Source: Flavobacteriales bacterium (lineage in GTDB: Bacteria > Bacteroidota > Bacteroidia > Flavobacteriales_C > GCA-002722245). From it: a DNA stretch of 64,000 nucleotides. The stretch covers positions 23,190 through 87,189 of the forward strand of contig PBLA01000003.1 of the NCBI GenBank assembly GCA_002722245.1, in the 5' to 3' direction. The notes under the pieces are model-generated. The model was not told the origin of the DNA. It worked only from the letters and a program-made list of their open reading frames with translations, and did not search any database. Numbering within the stretch: the first letter of the stretch is position 1; each line of letters opens with the position of its first letter. Of this stretch, positions 29,277-40,818 are shown piece after piece. Made by a program: the position numbers and the translations under genes.

Positions 29277-30050
29277 TTACTTAAATTCAGGTTTTCTTTT
29301 ATTCAAGAAAGCATCTACACCCTCCTTGAAATCATCGGTTCCGAAACATTTACCAAATTCTTCAACCTCTACCTCAAAGCCACCTTTGTTTTCATACCCT
29401 TTATTGATTGCATTAATGGCTGCTTTCATGGCAATAGGGGAATTGTTGGAAATTTTGATGGCCAATTTCAGCGCTTCCATTAAAAGATTTTGTGATGGAA
29501 CCACATTATTCACTAATCCCGACACATAGGCTTGTTTCCCATCCACAAAGTTTGCAGAAAGAATCATTTCCATTGCTCTCCCTCTACCAACTAATTGAGC
29601 CAACCTCTGCGTACCTCCATAACCTGGAATAAGTCCAAGGGTAACCTCAGGAAGCCCCATCTGGGCCTTATCACTTGCAAGCCGAATATGACACGCCATC
29701 GCAAGTTCCAGTCCTCCGCCAAGTGCAAATCCATTGATGGCTGCAATAACTGGAGTTGTTAAATTTTCGACGGTATTAAACAACTGCTCTTGACCAGTTC
29801 TTGCCAACTCTTTTCCTTCAGCCTCTGAAAATCCTGCAAACTCTTTTATATCAGCTCCAGCTACAAAAGCTTTATCTCCTGAACCTGTTAAAATAATAGC
29901 TCTTACAGTTGTATTTTCTTCTAACTCCAACAGACAGGATCTTAACTCCTGAATGGTTTGCTTATTTAAGGCATTAAGGTTTTCAGGGCGATTAATGGTA
30001 ACAACCGCAATTTTATCCTTATAATTAACAACTAAATTTTCAAATGACAT
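29277..30050 (-). CDS. Enoyl-CoA hydratase/isomerase
   Basis: INRPENLNAL, AFVAGADI, INGFALGGGLEL, GLPEVTLGLIPGYGGTQRL. Confidence 0.95.
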   Translation of the reverse strand: MSFENLVVNYKDKIAVVTINRPENLNALNKQTIQELRSCLLELEENTTVRAIILTGSGDKAFVAGADIKEFAGFSEAEGKELARTGQEQLFNTVENLTTPVIAAINGFALGGGLELAMACHIRLASDKAQMGLPEVTLGLIPGYGGTQRLAQLVGRGRAMEMILSANFVDGKQAYVSGLVNNVVPSQNLLMEALKLAIKISNNSPIAMKAAINAINKGYENKGGFEVEVEEFGKCFGTDDFKEGVDAFLNKRKPEFK

Positions 30051-30243
30051 GGGGACTTTGTTTTTCTTAAATGTAATGATTTCTTCTAGAAATTCTCTAA
30101 CGGATTCATAAAGTGATTATGCTTGTCACTATCTTTTTCTTTTTTAATATCTCTCTTTTTGTTAGATCATACATTTTGATTAACAAATAATCTTTAATTT
30201 TAAATGGATTTTTATGTTTTGTGAATTTACGCTCAAAATATAA

Positions 30244-30317
<74 letters not shown>

Positions 30318-30318
30318 C

Positions 30319-30351
30319 AAAAAAACCCAGCATTTATTGCTGGGTTTTTTT
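30319..30351. terminator. Bidirectional intrinsic terminator between tRNA-Ala and purF
   Basis: AAAAACCCAGCA-TTTAT-TGCTGGGTTTTT with A and T tracts on the two sides. Confidence 0.88.
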
Positions 30352-30367
30352 GTTTTTAATCATCTTT

Positions 30368-32269
<1,902 letters not shown>

Positions 32270-32355
32270 TTCCCAAGTTATGGATTTAATAGCGTAAAAA
32301 TAATGTATTTATCCATTCGAAATACAGGATTTATAAATGTTGAGTTGATTCCTTT

Positions 32356-33756
32356 TCACAACCCTCCAATATAACTCAATAATTCTTCTATTTTCTTTTT
32401 GACCTTTTCTTCGTTAGCATCAGCATCATTCACAACAATGGCAAAAGAGAACTGCTTTCCAGAGGTGTTTTTTAGATACCCTGCATAACTTCTTACTCCT
32501 TGCATTGAACCACTTTTACATGTTATACTACCATTGATTTTTGCATTTTTCATGAAGGATCGAACCGTCCCGGACTCTCCTGCCACAGGAAGTGATTTGG
32601 TAAACGCCTTGATGTCTTTCATCGATAATAAAACTTCTACCAATTGTTTTGCTGAAACAGCATTAAAATGGGACAATCCACTTCCGTCCTTTAGGCGCAT
32701 ACCTGTCACATTGACCCCTAATTTTTCCTTAAGGTATTTCTTTGCCCATTCACCTTGTCCAATTAATGAACCAGAGGCTAAATAACTATTTTGAAGTAAA
32801 TTCTCTGCTAATATATTGACACTTTTGAAGTTCGTTTCTTTTACAATTGCGCGTAAGGGGGCACTCTTTACAACTCCAAATATATTCACCTTTTTTTTCT
32901 TAGGCTGATCCCAGGCACCATAACGTCCTTTCATTAAAATTCCTTCTTTTTCAAGAGCTTTAAATACCATATAAGCCAGTGCCATTTGCGGGTTTTGCAA
33001 AGAAGCTTTCACTTTGAAATTTTTTCGATTTGCAGGAATAGTTCCATGCACTGTCATTCCTCTTCCATAAGGACCTCCAAAGGCATAGGCTTGATCTCTT
33101 TGATCCGTTGATCCTGTTACTCGATTGGTTATTTTAAGCAATGGTAAGTTGGGAGTGGTTTTCACAATCTCCGTAGGTTCATCGGGTGCACCACTTTTAA
33201 ACTCAAGTTCCAAAATATTTTCATTAATAATAGTTCCTGCAGGATTAGCGCCATAATAATTTCCTATGTCTTCCCATATCCATGTGCGAGGTAAGGTTTC
33301 CGCGGTGAGTGTAGGATCAATCACTTTTACCCCTCTTAAGACTTTTAAATTATTTTGCTTGAGCCACGATTTGATGACGTTAATAATCTCATTTAAATTT
33401 CTATTAAACCGTTTGCTTCCGAGCGTTGGATTATAATTCGGATAAATATAAATTTCACCATATAGGCTTCCATCTTTAATGGTTCCTGTATACCCAATTT
33501 GTGTTTCAAATTGATGATCTGAAGGAAAACTATTTAATGCGATTGCAGTACTCAAGAGTTTTTGTGTAGATGCGACAGTAAGTACTTTTTCTGAATTTTC
33601 TTCCATGATATATTTCCCGTCTGTCATGTCATAAACTGCTACACCAACATTTGCAGGTATAAACATATCATCAGACAACCATTCTTTTAAAGAATCTGAT
33701 GGTGTTAATGCACACAATAGTAATGTAAAGGGAAGCAAATACACGATTTTTCTCAT
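32356..33756 (-). CDS. dacB: D-alanyl-D-alanine carboxypeptidase/endopeptidase (PBP4, peptidase S13)
   Basis: ASTQK (SxxK), SVN (SxN), DGSGLS, KSG (KTG-like), WEDIGNYYG. Confidence 0.9.
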   Translation of the reverse strand: MRKIVYLLPFTLLLCALTPSDSLKEWLSDDMFIPANVGVAVYDMTDGKYIMEENSEKVLTVASTQKLLSTAIALNSFPSDHQFETQIGYTGTIKDGSLYGEIYIYPNYNPTLGSKRFNRNLNEIINVIKSWLKQNNLKVLRGVKVIDPTLTAETLPRTWIWEDIGNYYGANPAGTIINENILELEFKSGAPDEPTEIVKTTPNLPLLKITNRVTGSTDQRDQAYAFGGPYGRGMTVHGTIPANRKNFKVKASLQNPQMALAYMVFKALEKEGILMKGRYGAWDQPKKKKVNIFGVVKSAPLRAIVKETNFKSVNILAENLLQNSYLASGSLIGQGEWAKKYLKEKLGVNVTGMRLKDGSGLSHFNAVSAKQLVEVLLSMKDIKAFTKSLPVAGESGTVRSFMKNAKINGSITCKSGSMQGVRSYAGYLKNTSGKQFSFAIVVNDADANEEKVKKKIEELLSYIGGL

Positions 33757-33886
33757 AGTATTGAAGTATGTTTCAAATGCAATACCAAAAACGTAAAATA
33801 ATTCAAGACTTTTTAAAATCGTTGATTTTATTTGCTAAGATCATACCGTGAACAAATTTCTTTTTGAAAAAAATGAATAGTCATTC

Positions 33887-36800
33887 TTATTTGGATATTC
33901 CTAAAATTCTATACTTTATTCTTAGTGATAGGTAAAAACATACAGGAACAATAACCAAGGTAAGAAAAGTAGCAAAGGTTAATCCAAAAATAATCGTCCA
34001 AGCCATTGGTCCCCAAAAGATCACATTGTCTCCACCAATCGTAATATTTGGCTCAAAGGCAGAAAACAATCCGAGAAAATCAATATTTAAACCAATGGCC
34101 AATGGTAATAATCCAAGAACAGTCGTAATTGCAGTGAGCAATACTGGCCTTAACCGTGTCCTACCAGCATCCACAATGGCTTGTATTACAAGTTGTACAG
34201 GCAGTCGGTCTTTTCCTTTTCCTGATAAATCCAATTCCAATTCTTTTCGGTGAATCAATAATTTAGTATAATCTACCAATACAATGGCGTTATTCACTAC
34301 AACTCCTGCAAGAGAAATAATTCCAATCATCATCATGATAATTACGAACTCCATTCCAGCAAAAATAAGCCCTGAAAATACGCCTGTAAAACTTAATAAT
34401 ACAGCCGATAGAATAACAAATGGTGCGGCGATAGAATTAAATTGAGCGACAATGATGATTAAAATCAAAAAAACTGCAATTGCTAAAGCCTTTCCAAGAA
34501 AAGCAAATTCTTTAGATTGCTCTTCTTGTTGTCCGGTAAATTTCCATTTTGTTCCATCTGAAATTTCGTAATTTTCAAGCGCTTCTTTAATCTCAGCAAC
34601 TACTTCGTTCGCATTATACCCTTCTATAATATTCGATTGTAGAGAAATTGTTCGTTTCAAATCAATTCGTTTTACGGCAGAAATGGTAGATGATTTTTTT
34701 ATTTGAGCAATCGATGAGATAGGAACTTGTCTAATTTGACCATTTAACATATCTCTGAATGTTATTCGCTGATTCATTAAATTATCCACATTATTTCGCG
34801 TATACTCATCGAGTCGCAGGGTGATGTCATATTCGTCTTCTCCCTGTTTAAATTTTGATATGTTCTTCCCAAATAGGGCCGTTCGAATTGTCATTCCAAT
34901 TTGTGCCGTGGAAACATTCAACCTACGCGCCTTTTGTTCATCAATATCAATAATCATCTCAGGCTTTCCTGTTTGAATATTCATCTTTAATTCCTCAATA
35001 CCAGGTATATTTCGTGTTTTTATGAATGATAACATTTTTTCAGATTCCGATACCAACAATTCATAATTATCTCCTGCTATTTCAATATTTATTGGTTTTC
35101 CTTGAGGAGGACCAGCAGGATCTTTATCAACCATTACTCTAATTCCAGGGTATCCTGCCACCAACTCCCGAACAGTATTCATAATATCTGAGGTGTATAC
35201 GATCTCTTTGGCTTTTCTCCCGTTTACATGAAGTTTCCGTTCAGCATATTCTTTAAAGGAAACTTGAATTCTCGACTTTTCGGGTGTATTGGCCATGGAG
35301 GGACCTTCAGCAGGATCAGATGTTCCATTCCCTACCTGAGCAATAATGGAGTTCACTATACTTGCGTAACCAGAGTCAATAGTTAAAGTATCTCTTATCC
35401 CTTTTTTATTTGTTCGATATAAGTATCCTGGAACTTGTTCAAAAAACTCAATTACCTTCTGTTCAACAGTGACTGTTTCCCCATTGGTATTGTTAATATC
35501 TGTCCCAATTGATTTCTCTATAAAAATATTCAAATAAGAAGGTTCATTTGAAGGAAAGAATACCACTTTAGGCGGCAGCACGCTAACTAAAATGATCGAA
35601 CCTATAAATAAGCCAAAAACACCAACTAGAAAATACACTGGACGGTACTTTACAAATGCATATCCGAGGAATTTTTTGTATCCATTTTCCAACCTTGGGA
35701 GGAAAGAATACTGAAATTTCAACGTTACAGGACTCACCACCCGTGGATTGATAAAAATAAAAACTCCAACAAAAATGAACATGTTACCAGCACCAACTCC
35801 TCCAGAAAGGGTAATTAAAAGTCCCAATATTAAAATCGCCCACGCCAATCTTTTTACACCTTTATTACTCAGTTTAGCCATTAGAGCAATTAACACAGGA
35901 TTAATCACTAGTGCTACAAATAAAGAGGATCCTAAAACAATGATTAAGGTAATTGGAAGGTACTTCATAAACTCTCCTATAATACCTGGCCACAGAGCTA
36001 ATGGAAGAAAAGCGGCTAGAGTAGTAGCCGTTGATGCAATAATTGGCCATGCCACCTCTCCTGCTCCATATTTAGCGGCTTCAAAAGGTTTATACCCTTC
36101 ATCCATCAAACGATAAATATTCTCAACAATTACAATTCCATTATCTACTAACATTCCCAACGCTAAAACCAATGAAAACAGCACCATGGTATTCAACGTT
36201 ACACCCATAGAATTAAGGATAAAAAACGAAATCAACATAGAAAGAGGAATCGCAATTCCTACAAAGGAAGCATTTCGAAGCCCAAGGAAAAAAAGCAATA
36301 CAGTTACTACAAGAAGGGTTCCGAAGATGATTGAATTTTCAAGTTCTTCCACCTGTGTTTGCGTTTTTCCACTTAAGTCATTTGTAGTTGTTATCGTTAA
36401 ACTCTCAGGAAATTCATTTTTTTGTGCCGATTGAATAATTTCTTTAACCGCATTAGAACACTCAATTAAATTTGAACCTGCTCGCTTCATAACATCAAGC
36501 ATGACAACCGGAGCCCCATATTCTCTTGCGTAGCTTACACGTTCTTTTTCTTCAAATCGAACATCAGCAACATCCTTTAGTCGAACAATATTAAATTTTT
36601 CATTTTTAACAATAATGTTGGAAATATCTCTCCAATCACTAAATTCCCCCACGAGTCGTACATTTCTTCGAATTCCATCAACAACTACATCTCCTCCGGA
36701 TATTGTCATGTTTTCTGAAGTAATCGCATTTTCTATATCATTGAATGTTACTTCCATACTTTCCATCTTATAGAGATGGACATCTACTTTGACTTCTTTT

Positions 36801-37381
36801 TCCTGTATTCCTCGAATATCAACACTTGTTACCTGCGGAATATCCTCAATTCGATCTTCAAGAATTTCCGCATATTCTTTTAACATATCCATGGAAAAAT
36901 CTCCGGATAAATTCACATTTAAGGCCGGAGTTAATTCACTGATGTTTAATTCGAAAACATTTGGATCTGCAGGCAGATCCTTTGGAAAAGCGGGCTCACT
37001 TTTGACTTTATCCACAGCATCCTTCACTTTTCGCAACGCTTGAGTAGGAGTAACAGAAAAATCAAACTTTACATCAATCGTGGAATAACCTTGAACAGAA
37101 GTTGATGTGATCTTATCAATTCCCGATATTGTATTAATTTCTTTTTCAAGAGGCCGAGTAATAAGCTTTTCAATATCCAGTGGAGAATTTCCCGGATAAG
37201 GAGTCCCTACATAAATCTCTGGAATAACAATTTCTGGAAAGGCTTCTCGCGGCATACTATTGTATGAGGTAATACCTGCCAATGCCAAAATAAATGTTAA
37301 AACAATTATCGTAGTTGGATTTTTTAACGATAGCGCAGATAATCCAAACGATTTTAACCCTTTCTTTTTATCTTCTTCCAT
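33887..37381 (-). CDS. RND efflux transporter permease (AcrB/CzcA family)
   Basis: GMLVDNGIV.VENIYR, GVVVNNAIVLVD, RLRPVLLTAITT; 1164 aa. Confidence 0.95.
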   Translation of the reverse strand: MEEDKKKGLKSFGLSALSLKNPTTIIVLTFILALAGITSYNSMPREAFPEIVIPEIYVGTPYPGNSPLDIEKLITRPLEKEINTISGIDKITSTSVQGYSTIDVKFDFSVTPTQALRKVKDAVDKVKSEPAFPKDLPADPNVFELNISELTPALNVNLSGDFSMDMLKEYAEILEDRIEDIPQVTSVDIRGIQEKEVKVDVHLYKMESMEVTFNDIENAITSENMTISGGDVVVDGIRRNVRLVGEFSDWRDISNIIVKNEKFNIVRLKDVADVRFEEKERVSYAREYGAPVVMLDVMKRAGSNLIECSNAVKEIIQSAQKNEFPESLTITTTNDLSGKTQTQVEELENSIIFGTLLVVTVLLFFLGLRNASFVGIAIPLSMLISFFILNSMGVTLNTMVLFSLVLALGMLVDNGIVIVENIYRLMDEGYKPFEAAKYGAGEVAWPIIASTATTLAAFLPLALWPGIIGEFMKYLPITLIIVLGSSLFVALVINPVLIALMAKLSNKGVKRLAWAILILGLLITLSGGVGAGNMFIFVGVFIFINPRVVSPVTLKFQYSFLPRLENGYKKFLGYAFVKYRPVYFLVGVFGLFIGSIILVSVLPPKVVFFPSNEPSYLNIFIEKSIGTDINNTNGETVTVEQKVIEFFEQVPGYLYRTNKKGIRDTLTIDSGYASIVNSIIAQVGNGTSDPAEGPSMANTPEKSRIQVSFKEYAERKLHVNGRKAKEIVYTSDIMNTVRELVAGYPGIRVMVDKDPAGPPQGKPINIEIAGDNYELLVSESEKMLSFIKTRNIPGIEELKMNIQTGKPEMIIDIDEQKARRLNVSTAQIGMTIRTALFGKNISKFKQGEDEYDITLRLDEYTRNNVDNLMNQRITFRDMLNGQIRQVPISSIAQIKKSSTISAVKRIDLKRTISLQSNIIEGYNANEVVAEIKEALENYEISDGTKWKFTGQQEEQSKEFAFLGKALAIAVFLILIIIVAQFNSIAAPFVILSAVLLSFTGVFSGLIFAGMEFVIIMMMIGIISLAGVVVNNAIVLVDYTKLLIHRKELELDLSGKGKDRLPVQLVIQAIVDAGRTRLRPVLLTAITTVLGLLPLAIGLNIDFLGLFSAFEPNITIGGDNVIFWGPMAWTIIFGLTFATFLTLVIVPVCFYLSLRIKYRILGISK

Positions 37382-37414
37382 GATTTTAAACCTTAGAAAT
37401 TTGAATGAGTAATT

Positions 37415-38572
37415 CTATTTTAATTGAACAAGGTCACCTTCTTGAACGGATTTAGAACCCTTGTCAATTAAAATTGTAGTAGAGTCTAAACCAGCAATAA
37501 CCTCTACATAATTTTCATACGTGTTGCCAAGCTGTAATTCCAATTTTTTCACCTTCCTTAAATCATCTTCAGTGGCATAGGTATAAACATAATCTTTTCC
37601 ACTTCTGTCCTGTTGAATAATTCGTGACGGGATTACCAAGGCATTATCTGACTTGTAGTCTCTTATTTTTAAAACTGCGAGTTGATTGGGTTTATATTTA
37701 CCATTTGGATTGTTAAATTCCACTTTGACTTTAAACGTTCTGTTTGCGGGATTAATGTAATTTCCAACCCGAGTAACTCTTGCCTTAACTGACTCTCCTA
37801 AGGAAGGGAATTTTACTTCAACATAGCTGTTCTTTTTAACTGATGAAACATACGCCTCAGAAACATCTCCCTCTAAAAACACCCGATTTAAATTCATGAT
37901 TCGTGCTACAGGAAATTGTCCCCCTGCTGGCTCACCAACCTTTGGGTTAATTTGATCAACCATTCCATCAAAAGGCGCTCTAATATTATACATGTCCAAC
38001 TGCTCGTTTAATGTGATTAGTTTTTGTTCAAGCGCTTCTTTATTGTTTTTCGATTCTAGAAATTGTAGTTCAGAACCTATTTTTTGATCCCACAATGTTT
38101 TTTGTTTTTCAAAAACTTTTACTGCCAGTTCTAACCCTTTTTCTAATTCTTTAATGCCCGACTCTAGCTGAGCAGCATCTAACGAAATTAAAATCTGTCC
38201 TTTGCGCACACCATCTCCTTCAGCGATGTGAATTTTCTTTACCATACCTGGTGCCTCAGCAAATAACGCAGCATTCTCAACAACCTCTACATTTCCGTGA
38301 ACTTCAAAAAAATGCTCAAATGTTTTTACTTCAACTTTTTTTACTGTGACAGGAATCTTTTTTACTTCCACAACTGCTTCCTTATTTTGAGGGTGCACAT
38401 TGATTAAAGAATCAAGGGTAGAAAGTTCTTGGTTATATTCCTTTAAGGCCGTTTTATGAGCAAGTTCCAACTCCTTACGTTCACCTATAAGATCTTGCAA
38501 TGATTTTTGTTGCTCTCCACAGGAACCAATTAAAACCGATATTCCTACTGCGATTATTCCAAACTTTTTCAT
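37415..38572 (-). CDS. RND periplasmic adaptor (MFP) lipoprotein
   Basis: Lipobox IGSC; lipoyl halves G.V.KGQ.L and IRAPFDG. Confidence 0.92.
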   Translation of the reverse strand: MKKFGIIAVGISVLIGSCGEQQKSLQDLIGERKELELAHKTALKEYNQELSTLDSLINVHPQNKEAVVEVKKIPVTVKKVEVKTFEHFFEVHGNVEVVENAALFAEAPGMVKKIHIAEGDGVRKGQILISLDAAQLESGIKELEKGLELAVKVFEKQKTLWDQKIGSELQFLESKNNKEALEQKLITLNEQLDMYNIRAPFDGMVDQINPKVGEPAGGQFPVARIMNLNRVFLEGDVSEAYVSSVKKNSYVEVKFPSLGESVKARVTRVGNYINPANRTFKVKVEFNNPNGKYKPNQLAVLKIRDYKSDNALVIPSRIIQQDRSGKDYVYTYATEDDLRKVKKLELQLGNTYENYVEVIAGLDSTTILIDKGSKSVQEGDLVQLK

Positions 38573-38591
38573 GAGTAATGGTTTAAATACT

Positions 38592-39920
38592 TTATTGCTT
38601 TTTAAGTTTATCCAATTCCGCCTTAGCGTTCAGTAAATTAAATAATGATTGAATATATTTTCCTTGAGTTTGTAGCACTTGATTTTTCATTTGCGATAAT
38701 TCAAAACTCGACGCTAAACCTTCCTTATGTTTAACCTGAGTCCGCGTATATATTTTATTGGCAATCTTTAAACTTCTTTTTGCATTATCAAAATTGATGC
38801 TTTTCGTACTTAAATTATTTAGAGCATTGGTATATTGGATACTCATAGCCTTCTGAGCATGAATTAGGTTGTTTTCCATTTTAGTCAACTCCAACTTGGC
38901 TTGTTTTATAATTGTAGTTTGTTTACCGCTACTCCATATAGGCATGCTTACCGATAAACCCACATTGTGTTGATCAAACCATGTCGCATCTTTCAACCAA
39001 TCCCAATCAAATTGATAAGCAGTCCCTTGAGCCTGATAAAAACTTGCTATTGTGGGGAGTCGTTGCCATTTATACCGCTTAAGATCGAGTGCCAAAAGGT
39101 CTCTTTGAATCTCCATAACACGTAAATCAGGATTATTCGATTGATCAAACTTTTTAGCCAGTAAAGCCTGTAAATTAATTTGTTCTACGATCGTATTTAA
39201 ACTGTCTGAAAGATTTAGGGTATTATCCAAGTTCATACCCATATTCAGCTTTAACATTTTAAGTGAAACATCTTTGGTTTGCTGAGCGCTTTGAATCGAA
39301 CTTTCAAGATCTGATTTCATCAACTCCAGCTGATCCAGCTCTGTCTCCTCTATAAATCCTTGCTCAACAAGAGCACTTGATTCTGTTATGGATTGGTTCA
39401 ATGCGTTAAAACTACCATTCAACACCTCAAGGTTTTCATCTGCTACTAACACTAAATAATATGATGAAGCCACCATACTTCTTACATCATTATCTGTTTT
39501 TTCCTTTCCAGCTTTTGAAAACTCATGGAATTTTTTTGCAGCCATTAACCCCACTACATAGCTCCCATCAAATAAGAGTTGATTAACTTGGGCACTACCA
39601 CGTGTGATATTGTCCGCTGCGAAAACCGCTATGAAATCCTGACCCGGAGGAATACCTTGGGACAAATCAAAATCAAATTCCAAATCAGCTGCAAATCGAT
39701 AACTTCCGCCAACTTCAACTTGAGGAAGTCCAAGAGCAGTAGTTTCCCAAATTTTGGCTTTAGACTTTTGAATATCTAACCCTGCATTGACCGATTCATA
39801 GTAATGCTCAACTGCGTAATCTTGAGCTTGCTTTAAGGTGAAATCTTGAGCATTTACATTCATACTGAACAATGCTGTTACAACTGCTATTAGATAAAGA
39901 GTGCTTTTACTTAACCGCAT
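38592..39920 (-). CDS. TolC-family outer membrane efflux protein
   Basis: Signal peptide; TLKQAQDYA, QLLFDG, YYLVL, GL.VSMPIW; lies in the RND operon. Confidence 0.9.
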   Translation of the reverse strand: MRLSKSTLYLIAVVTALFSMNVNAQDFTLKQAQDYAVEHYYESVNAGLDIQKSKAKIWETTALGLPQVEVGGSYRFAADLEFDFDLSQGIPPGQDFIAVFAADNITRGSAQVNQLLFDGSYVVGLMAAKKFHEFSKAGKEKTDNDVRSMVASSYYLVLVADENLEVLNGSFNALNQSITESSALVEQGFIEETELDQLELMKSDLESSIQSAQQTKDVSLKMLKLNMGMNLDNTLNLSDSLNTIVEQINLQALLAKKFDQSNNPDLRVMEIQRDLLALDLKRYKWQRLPTIASFYQAQGTAYQFDWDWLKDATWFDQHNVGLSVSMPIWSSGKQTTIIKQAKLELTKMENNLIHAQKAMSIQYTNALNNLSTKSINFDNAKRSLKIANKIYTRTQVKHKEGLASSFELSQMKNQVLQTQGKYIQSLFNLLNAKAELDKLKKQ

Positions 39921-39921
39921 T

Positions 39922-40551
39922 TTATATTTGTTTAAAATCCAACGTGGAAAAAATCTTTTTACCTTTTTCTGAGGTTATGGAATTGATGTGATAAATTAAA
40001 AATTCCAGATAAACATCTACAAAACTAAATCGATCGTTAGGAAATAATTCCCCGTCAAAAATCATATCTACTCGTCTTGTAAAAAACTTTGCCACTATTT
40101 CAGGATGAAATCCCTTGTGGTAATATCCTTCCTTTTGTCCCCTTTTAAGATTTTTAAATACACTTTCAAAAATAAATCCATTAAAATAAATATTTAAGAA
40201 CTCCCAGGCCTCAGGGAAATAATGTTCCATATCATGGTGCAATACCGGATTAATCTTCGAAATTGTATGAATATAATACCTGGACAATTGATAATGCTCC
40301 TCAATTGGGTTCAATTCCCTTTCTTGAATTTCTGTCACATTTCTACGTTCACGCTGGACGTGAAATTGGGTAGATTTCATAACCAACTCCTTCCTGTTTT
40401 TCACATATTTGTATAAGGTTTTTTTCGAAACAGTTAGCTTTTTCGCCATATCATCCATGGTGATCCGTTTCATTCCCTCGTTTAAATACACATCCGTAAC
40501 CCTTTCAATAAGGGATAATTCTTTAGGATCTATCGATTCAATGTTTTGCAT
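39922..40551 (-). CDS. TetR/AcrR family transcriptional regulator
   Basis: HTH ITMDDMAKKLTVSKKTLYKY; true start likely MQNIES at 40551 (track start 40734 runs through promoter DNA). Confidence 0.9.
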   Translation of the reverse strand: MQNIESIDPKELSLIERVTDVYLNEGMKRITMDDMAKKLTVSKKTLYKYVKNRKELVMKSTQFHVQRERRNVTEIQERELNPIEEHYQLSRYYIHTISKINPVLHHDMEHYFPEAWEFLNIYFNGFIFESVFKNLKRGQKEGYYHKGFHPEIVAKFFTRRVDMIFDGELFPNDRFSFVDVYLEFLIYHINSITSEKGKKIFSTLDFKQI

Positions 40552-40558
40552 ACGACTA

Positions 40559-40616
40559 CAAAAGTAAAATAATTTTATCTCAAAGGAAACATTTTTTGTT
40601 TTTTTTGTTTCTTTTT
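40559..40616 (-). promoter_or_regulatory. tetR promoter -7 element and adjacent imperfect inverted repeat (possible TetR operator)
   Basis: Minus-strand TACTTTTG at 40566-40559; AAAGGAAAC...GTTTCTTTT inverted repeat at ~40582-40615. Confidence 0.45.
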
Positions 40617-40818
40617 TAAATTTTAAGCATACCACAAAGCTGATGACCATTTTCGATGAAATGCAAATAAAAGTGTTGAGTGGAGTATTTCTAAGTTTAA
40701 AAGGCATCAAGATTGGGCAAACAAATTTTAACATTGTTAAGAGAGGTTAAGATTACGTTGGAATCCTGAAAATGACTTTATTCTCGTTAATATTTTGATT
40801 AAATTTGTGTTTAATATT

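Noticed and set aside
40552-40818. N-terminal extensions of tetR (from 40734) and dxs (from 40795)
   Set aside because: They run through promoter elements and poly-A/T DNA; downstream ATGs fit family lengths and promoter positions better.
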